Part shown: in pieces, positions 10,077 through 19,721 of the stretch
Position numbering within the stretch: the stretch's first letter is position 1
Layout of the letters: the number at the start of each line of letters is the position of its first letter
Assembly (NCBI GenBank): GCA_041736175.1
Contig: JBGSUI010000053.1
Span: 1-37,370, forward strand
Reading direction: 5' to 3'
Source: Oligoflexales bacterium
Lineage (GTDB): Bacteria > Bdellovibrionota_B > Oligoflexia > Oligoflexales > CAIYRB01
Length of the DNA stretch: 37,370 nt
Program-made: the position numbers and the translations under genes
Notes under the pieces: generated by a model
Databases searched by the model: none
Told to the model about the DNA's origin: nothing
Seen by the model: the letters and a program-made list of their open reading frames with translations, nothing else

Positions 10077-11399
10077 ATGACACAAAAAAGCCTCCACCCA
10101 GCCTCAGGCAAAACTCCATCTGTGGTCCTCGCCTACTCTGGCGGCTTGGATACCACGGTCATCCTCCACTGGTTGACGCAAAAAGGCTACCAAGTGACGG
10201 CTTTTTTGGCCAAGATCGGTCAAAAGACCGAAGACCTAGCTTTAATCGAAGCCCGTGCCAAAAAAACCGGTGCCGTCGATTTTGTGGCCGTTGATGTAGG
10301 CGACCAACTCCTCCAGGATTATTTTTTGCCCTGTCTTGTGAGTCACTGCCAATACGAAGGTCGCTACCTTTTGGGCACATCAATCGCCAGGCCGCTCATC
10401 GCCAAGGAGCAGATGCGGCTAGCCCAAAAGATCAATGCCCAGTACGTAGCCCACGGTGCCACGGGCAAAGGCAATGACCAGGTGCGGTTTGAACTCACCT
10501 ACCAAGCCCTCAACCCCCAGATGGGGATTCTCCCCATTTGGCGGGATCCGGAGTTTATCGCGACCTTTAGCGAAGGCCGCAAAAGCATGCTTCAGTATGC
10601 CGAGCAGCATGGTCTCGAAGTCAAAGCCTCCACTAAGATGCCCTGGTCCTCCGACGACAACCGACTGCATATCTCCTACGAAGCCGGGCTCCTTGAAGAC
10701 CCCTGGCTGAGTGCTCCTAAAGAAATCTTTGAGCGGATGGTGCACCCCTTTGATGCTCCCGATAAACCTCTCCAGTTTATCATCCATTGGAGCCAAGGCA
10801 TTCCCGTGGCCGTGTCTTCCACCAAAACCACCATGAAATCTGTAGAAGGGCTTTCGGTACCCACCTATGAGCCCCACCAAGTGATCGTCGAGGGGTTTCC
10901 CGCAGTCTTTGATTGGATTGACCAACAGGCCGCCGCCCATGGGGTCGGGTCCTTGGGGATGGTGGAATCCCGCTATGTGGGCATGAAATCCCGGGGTGAA
11001 TACCATGCTCCGGGACATACGGTTTTGTTGAAAGCTCACTACGATATGGAATCCATCTGTCTCACCGGGAGCATGATCGCCGAAAAAGAAAAACGCATGC
11101 CCGACTTTGCCACCATGGTTTACAACGGCTATTGGTACGATCCCGCCTGCCAAGCTATGAAGAGGTTTTTCCTCGATACCCAATCCTCCGTCACTGGCGA
11201 AACCCGGGTTTCACTCTATAAGGGCAATGTGATTTTAGAGGGCCGCCGCTCCCCCTGTGCCCTCTACGACGCCCATATCGCCACGATGGATGGTGATGGC
11301 CCCGCCTACAACCAGCAGGATGCCAGCGGGTTTATCCGCCTCCATGGACTGCCCTTAAGAATGGTGCGTCAATCCCAAGAGCCGGCAATCGACTGGTAA
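10077..11399 (+). CDS. argG: Argininosuccinate synthase
   Basis: LAYSGGLDT, YLLGTSIARP, HGATGKGNDQVRFE, HISYEAG and GMKSRG motifs. GGAG RBS before ATG 10077. Confidence 0.97.
   Translation: MTQKSLHPASGKTPSVVLAYSGGLDTTVILHWLTQKGYQVTAFLAKIGQKTEDLALIEARAKKTGAVDFVAVDVGDQLLQDYFLPCLVSHCQYEGRYLLGTSIARPLIAKEQMRLAQKINAQYVAHGATGKGNDQVRFELTYQALNPQMGILPIWRDPEFIATFSEGRKSMLQYAEQHGLEVKASTKMPWSSDDNRLHISYEAGLLEDPWLSAPKEIFERMVHPFDAPDKPLQFIIHWSQGIPVAVSSTKTTMKSVEGLSVPTYEPHQVIVEGFPAVFDWIDQQAAAHGVGSLGMVESRYVGMKSRGEYHAPGHTVLLKAHYDMESICLTGSMIAEKEKRMPDFATMVYNGYWYDPACQAMKRFFLDTQSSVTGETRVSLYKGNVILEGRRSPCALYDAHIATMDGDGPAYNQQDASGFIRLHGLPLRMVRQSQEPAIDW
11336..11398 (+). repeat. Repeat A: last 63 nt of argG, duplicated at 13784-13846
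   Basis: Ungapped manual alignment gives 53/63 identity; the second copy still reads HGLPLPMVRKSQGPAIDW. Confidence 0.85.
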
Positions 11400-11450
11400 G
11401 GAGACCGTTTTTTTTGTTTACGAAACGCTTTAGAACTGGAAGGAACTCCC

Positions 11451-12713
11451 ATGCTTGAAACATTTAAAAAACCTGGTACTCGCTCCAAATCCAAACAAGT
11501 GATCCCCCCTCCCCTAGAAGCTTTCCAAGGCTCGACTCCTGGCCCCGTGCTTCATGATCTGAATGTTTTTTTGGATTTTATTGGCACCGAGGGCAAACCT
11601 GTCTCTGCCGCCCAAGGGATCTTGAACCAAAAATCTGTGGTTATGATCAACGACCAATTTTCCTGCTCCATTGCCATTGGATCCCGTCGGGTGCTGATGA
11701 CCCAACATCCTTATCTGATGGTCCTCTCTGTCCTTGCACAAACCGTTGGATTGGCCAGAATCGTCCGAGCTAAAGGTCGCCCCCACTTAACCCTCAATCC
11801 CGATGGCTACGAAGCCTGGAATCTTCTTAACCCTACGGAACAATATTTTAGCTTGCTTGAATATTGGTTTTATCATGCAAAATCGCAATTTTTGGAGGCG
11901 TTAGGTCCAGATACCCCCGCTGGTCATGGCACCCAGATGATGTGGACAGGTATCATGAGAAAAAGCGAAATCCAGGTGTCCTACCAATTTAAAATGAACA
12001 GCACCCTTAACTTTATAGCCATGCTGGATCTCTTTGGATTTCTAGAGATTCATAACCGGATGGATTTCGCGCAAAAGCCGGTCCTGGAAAATATAGTCCC
12101 ATTGCCCTGGGGCCTGTGGTTTATGAATCAGATCGATGAGGAACATTTGCTTTTCGCTGAGCTTCCTACATTCGACCCTCCAAGCCTAGGCCATCTGCAA
12201 CCTATAATGGGCCAGTGGTTTCCCCAATGGAAGCGTTCTTACACACCACCCAAACAATCCGACCTAGCAGGTGTCGGGATTTTCAGGGTGTCCATGGAAC
12301 CTAAAGTATGGCGCCGCATTGCTATCGACCTTAACAGCACTTTCGCCGACCTGGCAGATGGGATTCTAAATTCTTTTGACTTTGATCATGACCATCTCTA
12401 CGAATTTCCTATAGTGGGGTCTAGCGGTTCCATCGTAAAGGTTAACCACTATTATTTGGAAGAACCTCCCCTTGCCAATATAACACGCCTCAACCAAGCT
12501 CCCCTCTATTGCGGGATGAACTTTCAGTTCGTTTATGATTTTGGAGCAGACTGGCGGTTTGAGGTGTGTTTTGAATCTTTGGCTTCGGAGAAAGATCTCC
12601 AACTGATCCCACGCACTAAACGACAAGATAAAAAAGATGCGTTACCGGTAGTCATTGAAAAGTCGGGTCCTTCACCTGAGCAATATGAAGGGTCACCTGA
12701 CGAGGATTTTTGA
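11451..12713 (+). CDS. Plasmid pRiA4b ORF-3 family protein (C-terminal domain) with N-terminal extension
   Basis: VWRRIAI...TFADLADGILNSFDFDHDHLYEF...FVYDFGADWRFEV...PEQY. GGAAGGA RBS. Confidence 0.85.
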   Translation: MLETFKKPGTRSKSKQVIPPPLEAFQGSTPGPVLHDLNVFLDFIGTEGKPVSAAQGILNQKSVVMINDQFSCSIAIGSRRVLMTQHPYLMVLSVLAQTVGLARIVRAKGRPHLTLNPDGYEAWNLLNPTEQYFSLLEYWFYHAKSQFLEALGPDTPAGHGTQMMWTGIMRKSEIQVSYQFKMNSTLNFIAMLDLFGFLEIHNRMDFAQKPVLENIVPLPWGLWFMNQIDEEHLLFAELPTFDPPSLGHLQPIMGQWFPQWKRSYTPPKQSDLAGVGIFRVSMEPKVWRRIAIDLNSTFADLADGILNSFDFDHDHLYEFPIVGSSGSIVKVNHYYLEEPPLANITRLNQAPLYCGMNFQFVYDFGADWRFEVCFESLASEKDLQLIPRTKRQDKKDALPVVIEKSGPSPEQYEGSPDEDF

Positions 12714-12826
12714 TAGAGGTTGGGCTGAGTGATCTGGAACTGGGGATTTAGCTCCTCGAAAATTCGGTCTTGAAGATTCTTGTTTTGGTCTTCAAAATTT
12801 TTTTCGAGGGTTTCTATAGTCCTCAG
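12714..12826 (+). repeat. Repeat B: copy of the 3' end of the 13890-14642 gene, matching 13879-13991
   Basis: The 89-bp core (12738-12826 vs 13903-13991) differs at 1 base. Weaker ungapped similarity extends to 12714/13879. Confidence 0.9.
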
Positions 12827-12829
12827 GAC

Positions 12830-13215
12830 GTAGACCCCACGGCTGGCCAAAAGTCTCCCCTCGACCACCTTTAATCTTGGTGGCGACTTCGTCCGCCTTG
12901 GCATGTCGACACTTGCTAACACAGCCTCAAACAACGATTTTGGCTCAGTCCCGAAGAAGCAGCCCGCAGCCGTACTTTCGTCCGCTCTTCTGATGAGTAG
13001 TCACTCGGACTCGTCCGCCCCGGGGCGATGCGCTCTGTCCAAGTACATCGACCATCGTCCCGGGGCAAACGATGCCAGAAGCAGCAACCCAAGATTCAGT
13101 GACTCCAGAGGTGGAACCAGCAGCGACCAAACACGGGTCGGCAATTCCAAGGACTGTTCGCCGCGAGTTTTGGGCCCGGGACGAATCAGTTGGCCAACCG
13201 TGGGGTCGAAGCCGC
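12830..13215 (+). pseudogene. Possible degenerate fragment of a DUF222/HNH-endonuclease-type gene
   Basis: Low-complexity linker then SAIPRTVRREFWARD, resembling the IPxxVRRxVWxRD motif that precedes HNH domains. No HNH core follows. Confidence 0.3.
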
Positions 13216-13758
13216 AACTTTAGACCAGATGGGATGTTTTCTGTTTCCGATTGTCGCCCTAATACAATGAGAAAACTTCATAACATCAAACATATTGTTA
13301 TTGCTGATGATGCCAGCTATTCGGGACTTCAGTTGGCCCTTTTTATCTCTGAACTTAGCAACCGACTGTTTGAAGTCAGGAGTGGCATTCAGGTGCATGT
13401 TGTCATACCTTACATGTCCAATGAGGCATTAACAAGAATCAAATTACTTCCCCATAAATTTAAGTCTTTAAATTTTTACAATAAAAAACAGATTTTAAAG
13501 GCCGCGGAAGCGGTGGATCCCACTCAAGCTCAATTGATCAACAAAAAATCAATGCTTACAGACGATGAAATAAAGTTTCACCTGAAAAAAATGAAATGGG
13601 TACATATTTTCAATTTTAAAATTCCTGATGATGTATCCCTTCCTACCTCAATTGAGTTCCATAATTTTCGAGAGGTATCTCCTTACAAAGATAAAAACTG
13701 GATTGAGTTTTCCGATATAGAAAGCCTAAAATACCCCGTATGTTGTGCTGTGCAATAA
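13216..13758 (+). pseudogene. Phosphoribosyltransferase-like (PRTase-CE-like) protein, probably 5'-truncated
   Basis: PRPP-loop-like HIVIADDASYSGLQL, then VHVVIPY and FNFKIPD. AT-rich compared with the 5' part of the 228-aa ORF. Possible ATG at 13267. Confidence 0.55.
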
Positions 13759-13783
13759 TTCCTAGATCATCAAGCTTGTTAAG

Positions 13784-13846
13784 CCGCCACCATGGACTGC
13801 CGCTTCCCATGGTGCGTAAATCCCAAGGGCCGGCGATCGACTGGTA
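13784..13846 (+). repeat. Repeat A' (diverged copy of argG 3' end)
   Basis: See 11336-11398. Confidence 0.85.
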
Positions 13847-13889
13847 TGGTTACAGTTTAGCCTCATCACCCTCTCTCCTAGAGCGTGGG

Positions 13890-14642
13890 TTAGTTAAACT
13901 GAAACTGGGGATTTAGCTCCTCGAAAATACGGTCTTGAAGATTCTTGTTTTGGTCTTCAAAATTTTTTTCGAGGGTTTCTATAGTCCTCAGATCCAGTGA
14001 TCCGGGTTCAAACTTTAAGACTAACTGGTGTAAGACGACTCCTCCCCTCGGGGTTTGCAAAATCCCCACCACCCGTTTCAGATCAGCTAAGGTAGCAGAG
14101 CGTTTCATCAGCACTTCCACCAAGGCATAGGCACGACGGCTGTAAGGTGCCACTTGGACCGCCCAGAGCTCGGTCCGGTAGGACTCACTGTTAGGCAAGG
14201 GGAAACGCTGCATATCGATAAACCAATGATGATTGACCAGAGGGGATGCCATCTTTCCGAGATTTCGTAAGGCCCGGTGTTTACCCCCATGGGACGCTCC
14301 TGCTTTATAAAGCCCTCGCAGGAGATCGACGGTATTGATCCATTGGGGTGCGAAGGGTACAAAAAACCAATCCTGCATCGTAATCGAATTTTGGCTTATG
14401 GTTGCTTTTTTTGAAGCACCCAAAGCCTCTAAGAGCGGGTTATGGTCACATAGGTGCAGCAGTTCCGCCGTGACTTGGGGCGCGGGAATATGATCAAAGA
14501 CCTTAAGACAAAGAGGATCATCTTCTCCTCGAGACTTGTCCCCATAAAATCCTGGGTAAAGACCCTCACGAGGCATCAGGCCAAGGGCCGTGGTGGATAA
14601 AATAAACCAGGAAATCAAGGTGGTTATAGATTGCATCACCAT
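13890..14642 (-). CDS. Hypothetical secreted protein
   Basis: 250-aa ORF with a hydrophobic N-terminal signal, 8 bp downstream of the response regulator. Confidence 0.7.
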   Translation of the reverse strand: MVMQSITTLISWFILSTTALGLMPREGLYPGFYGDKSRGEDDPLCLKVFDHIPAPQVTAELLHLCDHNPLLEALGASKKATISQNSITMQDWFFVPFAPQWINTVDLLRGLYKAGASHGGKHRALRNLGKMASPLVNHHWFIDMQRFPLPNSESYRTELWAVQVAPYSRRAYALVEVLMKRSATLADLKRVVGILQTPRGGVVLHQLVLKFEPGSLDLRTIETLEKNFEDQNKNLQDRIFEELNPQFQFN

Positions 14643-14650
14643 AAGACAAC

Positions 14651-15052
14651 CTATTCTTTCCCTCTCTGGGACCTTTTAGAGGCGGCAAAATAACTGATGA
14701 GACCCTCCACTTCTTCGATATTAAACGGTTTCTTGATGATCTTTAAAATATCTTTGTCGGGAGCTAGGTTGATATCCCCACTTAAAAGGATTTTTGGTAT
14801 CTGAGGATCCATCTGGTGGGCCACTTCGATTCCTGTGGGTCCCTTGAGCCGATAGTCCAAAAAAACAAGGTCGTAAGTTTGGGCACCGAGGGCGGCGAGA
14901 GCTACTGGGCTTTCTGTAAAGGTTGTGATGCAAATGTTTTCGCTGGCAAAGAGATCTACAAATAAATCGCAAATATCTTGTTCATCATCTAGAAATAAAA
15001 TTTGCAGTGGTAGGATGTCGCTTCTCCTTGGTAAAAGGGATTTCAAGTACAC
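14651..15052 (-). CDS. Single-domain response regulator (CheY-like receiver)
   Basis: ILFLDDE, LVFLDY (phospho-Asp), LLSG and KPF motifs. Exact start uncertain. Confidence 0.9.
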   Translation of the reverse strand: MYLKSLLPRRSDILPLQILFLDDEQDICDLFVDLFASENICITTFTESPVALAALGAQTYDLVFLDYRLKGPTGIEVAHQMDPQIPKILLSGDINLAPDKDILKIIKKPFNIEEVEGLISYFAASKRSQRGKE

Positions 15053-15077
15053 TTACTCTCAGACGCTCCCAAAACCA

Positions 15078-16805
15078 TCAGCGCGGGCAGCGTTGCTGAC
15101 CATCGGCGATCAAGTCCTGCATTTTAGCGAGCCTTTGGTCCAAACTCCCCTTGGGCCTGAGGAGTTCTGGAGCCAGATGACCTAGGCCCTCCGGCCCCGG
15201 ATCTCGGAGGGGAGAAATCAAGTAAAACCCATCCAAGTTTGCCACATGGAGGCCATGATCTTTTTCGGCGTTCAGCAGGATTTGTGCGGTTTTTTTCAAT
15301 CGGTCCACCCGACCTGACTGGAGCAAAATCTCGCGCAAGATTGAAGGCGCGGCTGCGATGGTGGCTTGGGTGGCGTGGCATCCGTTACAGGTGAGTTGGG
15401 CCATCCGCCCCTTTACCAAAGCGCTGCGTTCTAAGTCCGCAAAAAAAGGCTTTCCGTACCATCGCCAGGGGCTGAGGGGATTAGCCTCAGGGTAGAGAGC
15501 CCGCTTGATCCCTGCGCCGTCTAAAATCTTATCTAATTGGACTGAACCATCGATAATCTGGTCAGCGTTCTGGATGATGAGTTTTTTTAAAACATCCGTG
15601 CCATTATAAATAAACTCAGGTGTATCCTTGGCAGGACGACGGATAAAACCCTGGGGCGTTAGCTCAATCTCACCCATGACCCACTTCGCAAAGATCTGGT
15701 CCGACAAGTCCCCGATGACATTAAACAGCTCGCCTACGAGTGGGGTGGGGACCGGTACGGGTAAAGGTGCCTCGATCACACGCGCCATAACAGTCAGCAG
15801 ATTCTTAAGTTTCGCCAAGATCATTTGCAGCGGCTTAGGAAACCCCGAGAGGTCCATCCCATCACGACAGGCTAACACTCCTTTGGCTGGGTCTTCGGGA
15901 CGGACCAGCAGTGCCTGGTAACAGGCCTCTAACTGCTCCCCTACGGCGCGCAAAAACGCAGACTGCTGCGGGTCAAAATTCACGTCGCCGACGACTTCGT
16001 TGATGCGGATCTGACCAAGAGCCACCGGCAGTTCTGCGGACTGCTGCTGGGGCTGATATCGAATCACCCGGGAGACGAGTCGACGTAATAGATCTAGGTG
16101 AGTAGGCTGATCTCCTCCTAAACTCAAATCTGCAAAGTCTTGGGCCCACTCCCAGGGCCATTTTTTTGGGTTTGGGAGTGTACCGACTCCGTAAGAACTC
16201 ACCTTTGAGAGATCGTATTCGAAAATAACGGTCATTTCGCTTCCCGCCAACCCGTAAGGATGACGTTGGTCGGGCCGCTCCAGGGTCAAGCCATAGGTCA
16301 ATCGAAACTCCCCGTGACCTCCACCGTGGTCACAGGAGTCTTTGACAAAATCTGGCCGGTAGTTTAGGGCGAGGAGTTTAAAAGGAGCCTGCTCGGGACG
16401 TAGCAGGGTCGACTCACAGGCAGGGACCCGGGTCGCCTCACCCGTAGCCCAAACACAGGTGACTCGTGAAACGATCCCAGGGCGACCTTCCGCCACTACC
16501 TGCAGCCACTGGCGCGCAAATTTATCAAACTGTATTTCATTGACTTGGGTTTGCTGATAATAGGCTTTTGCCAGTTCTCCCATCACCGCACCAAAAGACC
16601 ACTCGGTCACTGAGGCGTCGCTAGTCAATATTTCTGGGGACGTCATCATAAGGGACTTTTGAACCACAATTCCTGCGGGATCTTGGGGATGATCCTTAGG
16701 ATTTGCAAATCCCTCGATTCCCCAGGTGATTCCTAAAAGGAGCTGGAAAAACCTAATTAAGGCGAAATAATGTAAAGAAAAAAAGCATTTTTTTGTAAGA
16801 TCCAT
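15078..16805 (-). CDS. Secreted hypothetical protein with one CxxCH heme-binding motif
   Basis: Signal-like N-terminus; PFKLLALNYRPD, GEFRLTYG, TVIFEY, QIRINE and TCNGCH. GGAGG RBS. Confidence 0.7.
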   Translation of the reverse strand: MDLTKKCFFSLHYFALIRFFQLLLGITWGIEGFANPKDHPQDPAGIVVQKSLMMTSPEILTSDASVTEWSFGAVMGELAKAYYQQTQVNEIQFDKFARQWLQVVAEGRPGIVSRVTCVWATGEATRVPACESTLLRPEQAPFKLLALNYRPDFVKDSCDHGGGHGEFRLTYGLTLERPDQRHPYGLAGSEMTVIFEYDLSKVSSYGVGTLPNPKKWPWEWAQDFADLSLGGDQPTHLDLLRRLVSRVIRYQPQQQSAELPVALGQIRINEVVGDVNFDPQQSAFLRAVGEQLEACYQALLVRPEDPAKGVLACRDGMDLSGFPKPLQMILAKLKNLLTVMARVIEAPLPVPVPTPLVGELFNVIGDLSDQIFAKWVMGEIELTPQGFIRRPAKDTPEFIYNGTDVLKKLIIQNADQIIDGSVQLDKILDGAGIKRALYPEANPLSPWRWYGKPFFADLERSALVKGRMAQLTCNGCHATQATIAAAPSILREILLQSGRVDRLKKTAQILLNAEKDHGLHVANLDGFYLISPLRDPGPEGLGHLAPELLRPKGSLDQRLAKMQDLIADGQQRCPR

Positions 16806-16897
16806 TGGACCCTCCCAGGGATTTTTTTGTCTGCTTCGAAGTCATTTTGAGAATACATCGGAAGATTCAGAAATAAAATGAGGCTGGTGGTGGTGGA

Positions 16898-17425
16898 TTA
16901 AAGGACAACTTTTAGCTCTTCGGCCAACCGTTTCATATTTTGTGACTCCGTATCCTCAGCTCTACCAGAAAGCCTATGCTGGATCAGCTCGCGTCTCAAA
17001 ATAGCTTTGATGTTGTCCAACATTTCTGCCGCCTCGGGCGAGTCAATAACCTGTCCAAAGCAGAGTTTACTATCGCCCCGGACCGAGCGTTTGATAACCT
17101 CTTCCACCTGGAGTCCCGTGATATTTGCAACGTTTTGAATCTTACTAAACGCAAACCCGGCACTGGACATATCGTTGTGGTGATAGCACTTAAATCCTGT
17201 GATAAGATTTCGACAAAGGTACAACATATCAGAGGAAGTAGCCTGCGGAAGCCAAAACGAGCTTAAGGAGGGCAACACTAGGGTTTCTGAAGTTTCTGGT
17301 CCTTGGGTTTGTTGTGACTTTTGGAAACAGCTTAATAGTAACAAAGCCGGCAGAAAGCCCATGATATAGACAACGGGGCTTTTCCAGGAGAGGGCGTGGG
17401 GTGGTTTATTGTGAGGACTCTCCAA
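16898..17425 (-). CDS. Hypothetical lipoprotein
   Basis: AGGAG RBS overlapping the upstream gene end, TTG start, lipobox LLSC. Confidence 0.65.
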   Translation of the reverse strand: MESPHNKPPHALSWKSPVVYIMGFLPALLLLSCFQKSQQTQGPETSETLVLPSLSSFWLPQATSSDMLYLCRNLITGFKCYHHNDMSSAGFAFSKIQNVANITGLQVEEVIKRSVRGDSKLCFGQVIDSPEAAEMLDNIKAILRRELIQHRLSGRAEDTESQNMKRLAEELKVVL

Positions 17426-17426
17426 A

Positions 17427-19016
17427 TTAACTCCTTTTCAGCATGGATTTCATCAAGGGTAGATTGGCTCCGGGTGTCTCGACTCCAAGGGCCTGGAGGA
17501 TCCCCGCATAGATATGTTTATCCGTCATAGTACGGGTGGGGTCGGGAACTCCCGACTCTGGGTCAAATCCATAGGTGAGCAGGGTTTCAGGATCGATGCC
17601 ACCCATGACTTTGCCACCGTTGACCAAGGGGGAGATCATCACCACACCGTTGTTGATGTTATGCCCAGAGGTAAATTCGGTCACGTTAGGTTCTTTGGTT
17701 TTATCGCGGCCAAATTCCGTAGCGATATAAATGAGGGAATGATCCCAAAGAGTCTCGCCGGGAGCGGTTTGGGTGCTCCTCAACAGAGTGATCAGGCGAT
17801 CGATTGTATCAAGGGTCCGTTGCCACAAAAGAGCTTGGGTGCCCCGGTGGGCATTATGGGAATAATCAAAACCCGTGGGAGTGTTCCAAAGACGTTTTTT
17901 AGAGGGTTCCGTGATATCTACTGCGACATTCATGCCAAGGCCAAAGGTCACTGAGCAGGTGAGTCCACTGGCGACTAACAGATAGGCCAACAGAGCTTGG
18001 TTTTGAAGATCATCGGTCTCGGGACCTGGGGGACCGATGTTTTTAAAGAGTTCGCGAAAAAGATCACCACGGGTGTTAGGCTCCAACCCAAAGCTCGTAA
18101 AGGGAAACCGAGTGCTGTTGGCAAAAGGATTGAGTTTGTTGATCAGGTTTAGGCGCTCGTATTCGGGGAGTTTTTTGCGCCGTTCGATCCACTCCCTAAT
18201 CTGAGGGTTTTGGCCAAAGGTCTTAAAAAAAGGCGATTCTTGATCGAGCTTATCGTCGCGGACCCGCCGGGCGATATCGATCAGGGATTTTTTAGGAGCA
18301 CCCTGGATCCCTAGGGAGCCGTCCAAACCGAAGGGAAAGATGGCAGCGTTGGCCACCTGTTCGGCCAGGGCATACCGCGGCAAACTGGGGTCTTTGCCAT
18401 TTTCTGCAAATCCTAAGGTCGCCATATTGACATTTGGGATCAACAAATCGCTACCATAATAAGCGGCCACGGCTTCCTGAAGAGTCCGCCCATTCCAAGC
18501 CTCAAAACCATTGACACAGCGGGCTTGGCCCACCGGATGGGCGACTGTGTTTCCCGTCAGAGTGGTCACCATAATCTCTTTGCCATATTTAGCCAAAAAC
18601 TTAGACTGGGTGGTCTCGATATCAAAGGGCAAGGGGCCAACGGTTTCCATCTTAAGATCCACGGCCCTAAAATCCGTCCCTTCCCCTTGGGTCACCAAAC
18701 GGTCAGGAAAGCAATTGAGCTTTTGGTAGTTTTTAGACTCTGACTCACGCATCGCGAGGAAACTATCGTTGATCGATGCACCACCCATGGCACTAAACAC
18801 AAAAAGATACTTTCTCTTTTTACCCTCTTTGAGATAAAGGGGGCCATCGGCGGGGACTGCTGAGGATGACACTGGGCTGCCTTTATTGGTGCAGCCCGCT
18901 AAAAACTGGGGTGTGACCCCATAGGCGGCGCTGCCCATCAGGAGTTGGCCAGCTCGGGTCAAAAAATCCCGCCGATCGTTTATGTATAATCCATCTCGCT
19001 TTTTATTCTTTCCCAT
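17427..19016 (-). CDS. Tat-exported DUF1501-like protein
   Basis: Twin-arginine DRRDFL and possible lipobox LAGC; GGASINDSF, FDYSH, IYIATEFGR and SGH motifs typical of DUF1501-like alkaline-phosphatase-fold proteins. Confidence 0.75.
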   Translation of the reverse strand: MGKNKKRDGLYINDRRDFLTRAGQLLMGSAAYGVTPQFLAGCTNKGSPVSSSAVPADGPLYLKEGKKRKYLFVFSAMGGASINDSFLAMRESESKNYQKLNCFPDRLVTQGEGTDFRAVDLKMETVGPLPFDIETTQSKFLAKYGKEIMVTTLTGNTVAHPVGQARCVNGFEAWNGRTLQEAVAAYYGSDLLIPNVNMATLGFAENGKDPSLPRYALAEQVANAAIFPFGLDGSLGIQGAPKKSLIDIARRVRDDKLDQESPFFKTFGQNPQIREWIERRKKLPEYERLNLINKLNPFANSTRFPFTSFGLEPNTRGDLFRELFKNIGPPGPETDDLQNQALLAYLLVASGLTCSVTFGLGMNVAVDITEPSKKRLWNTPTGFDYSHNAHRGTQALLWQRTLDTIDRLITLLRSTQTAPGETLWDHSLIYIATEFGRDKTKEPNVTEFTSGHNINNGVVMISPLVNGGKVMGGIDPETLLTYGFDPESGVPDPTRTMTDKHIYAGILQALGVETPGANLPLMKSMLKRS

Positions 19017-19052
19017 AGCATCTCCCCTTTATCGATCATCTTTAGTAAAGTC

Positions 19053-19721
19053 TTAAAAAAAAGCCATTTCCAGACTAGTTAACACCGAAAAACAAGAGAG
19101 CACCATCCAGTTACGACCGGCGGCGATCGGCTCGGTTTTGTAGATCTCTTCGTACATATTTCGCAAATGGGTGATCTCTGAAGAGGTCGGCTCCCGGGTA
19201 AAAGCTCGCCGATAAAGGGTCTTAATGGATTCATCTATGGCTGGATCCTCCACTAATCGGCCATCGATGCTGGTTTTGATATTCTTAAAGATAACACCTT
19301 GGCTAGGATTAAGCAGATCCATCCCCGCACGCATAATACAGGCCGACAACACCACCCTTTCTAGGGCCCCGACGCTGCCGATACTGGCACTGCTCGGGTT
19401 TTGGTACTGGCTGGCATTATAGGCATCCATACTACCCAGGAAAACCCGGTGGACTTGGTCAATACAAGGATGTTTGCCAAGCTCCAGACACATGCCCTGC
19501 TTGTCAACTACGAGGATCTTGGCCAAACTGTTTTTAAGCTGTTGGGACCGACGTCTTTGGACCTCATTCATGCTGCTAAGGGAAGCCTTTAGGTCCTGGC
19601 CCGCTGCGACGTTAGGCTTGACTGGCGGCTCCTTGGGACGGATCTCACAGCCTGAGAGGGTCCACCAGTAGACTATCATTATAGATATGTTTATTATAGA
19701 TTGTTTAAATTTAGGGCACAC
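19053..19721 (-). CDS. Hypothetical lipoprotein (DUF1595/PSD-like helical domain)
   Basis: Lipobox LSGC; LYRRAFTREPT..E and C-terminal CFSVLTSLEMAFF. Overlaps the upstream stop. Confidence 0.7.
   Translation of the reverse strand: MCPKFKQSIINISIMIVYWWTLSGCEIRPKEPPVKPNVAAGQDLKASLSSMNEVQRRRSQQLKNSLAKILVVDKQGMCLELGKHPCIDQVHRVFLGSMDAYNASQYQNPSSASIGSVGALERVVLSACIMRAGMDLLNPSQGVIFKNIKTSIDGRLVEDPAIDESIKTLYRRAFTREPTSSEITHLRNMYEEIYKTEPIAAGRNWMVLSCFSVLTSLEMAFF

Noticed and set aside
12533..12934. 133-aa minus ORF sharing LRTIETLEKNFEDQNKNLQDRIFEELNPQFQ with the 250-aa protein
   Set aside because: Explained by DNA repeat B, and it overlaps pRiA4b antisense; not a paralogous gene.
16855..16881. Sigma-28-like promoter (TCAT-N15-TCCGATGT, minus strand); similar TCAA-N17-GCCGAAAA at 22591-22619
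   Set aside because: Several mismatches or wrong spacing relative to TAAA-N15-GCCGATAA; too weak to call.
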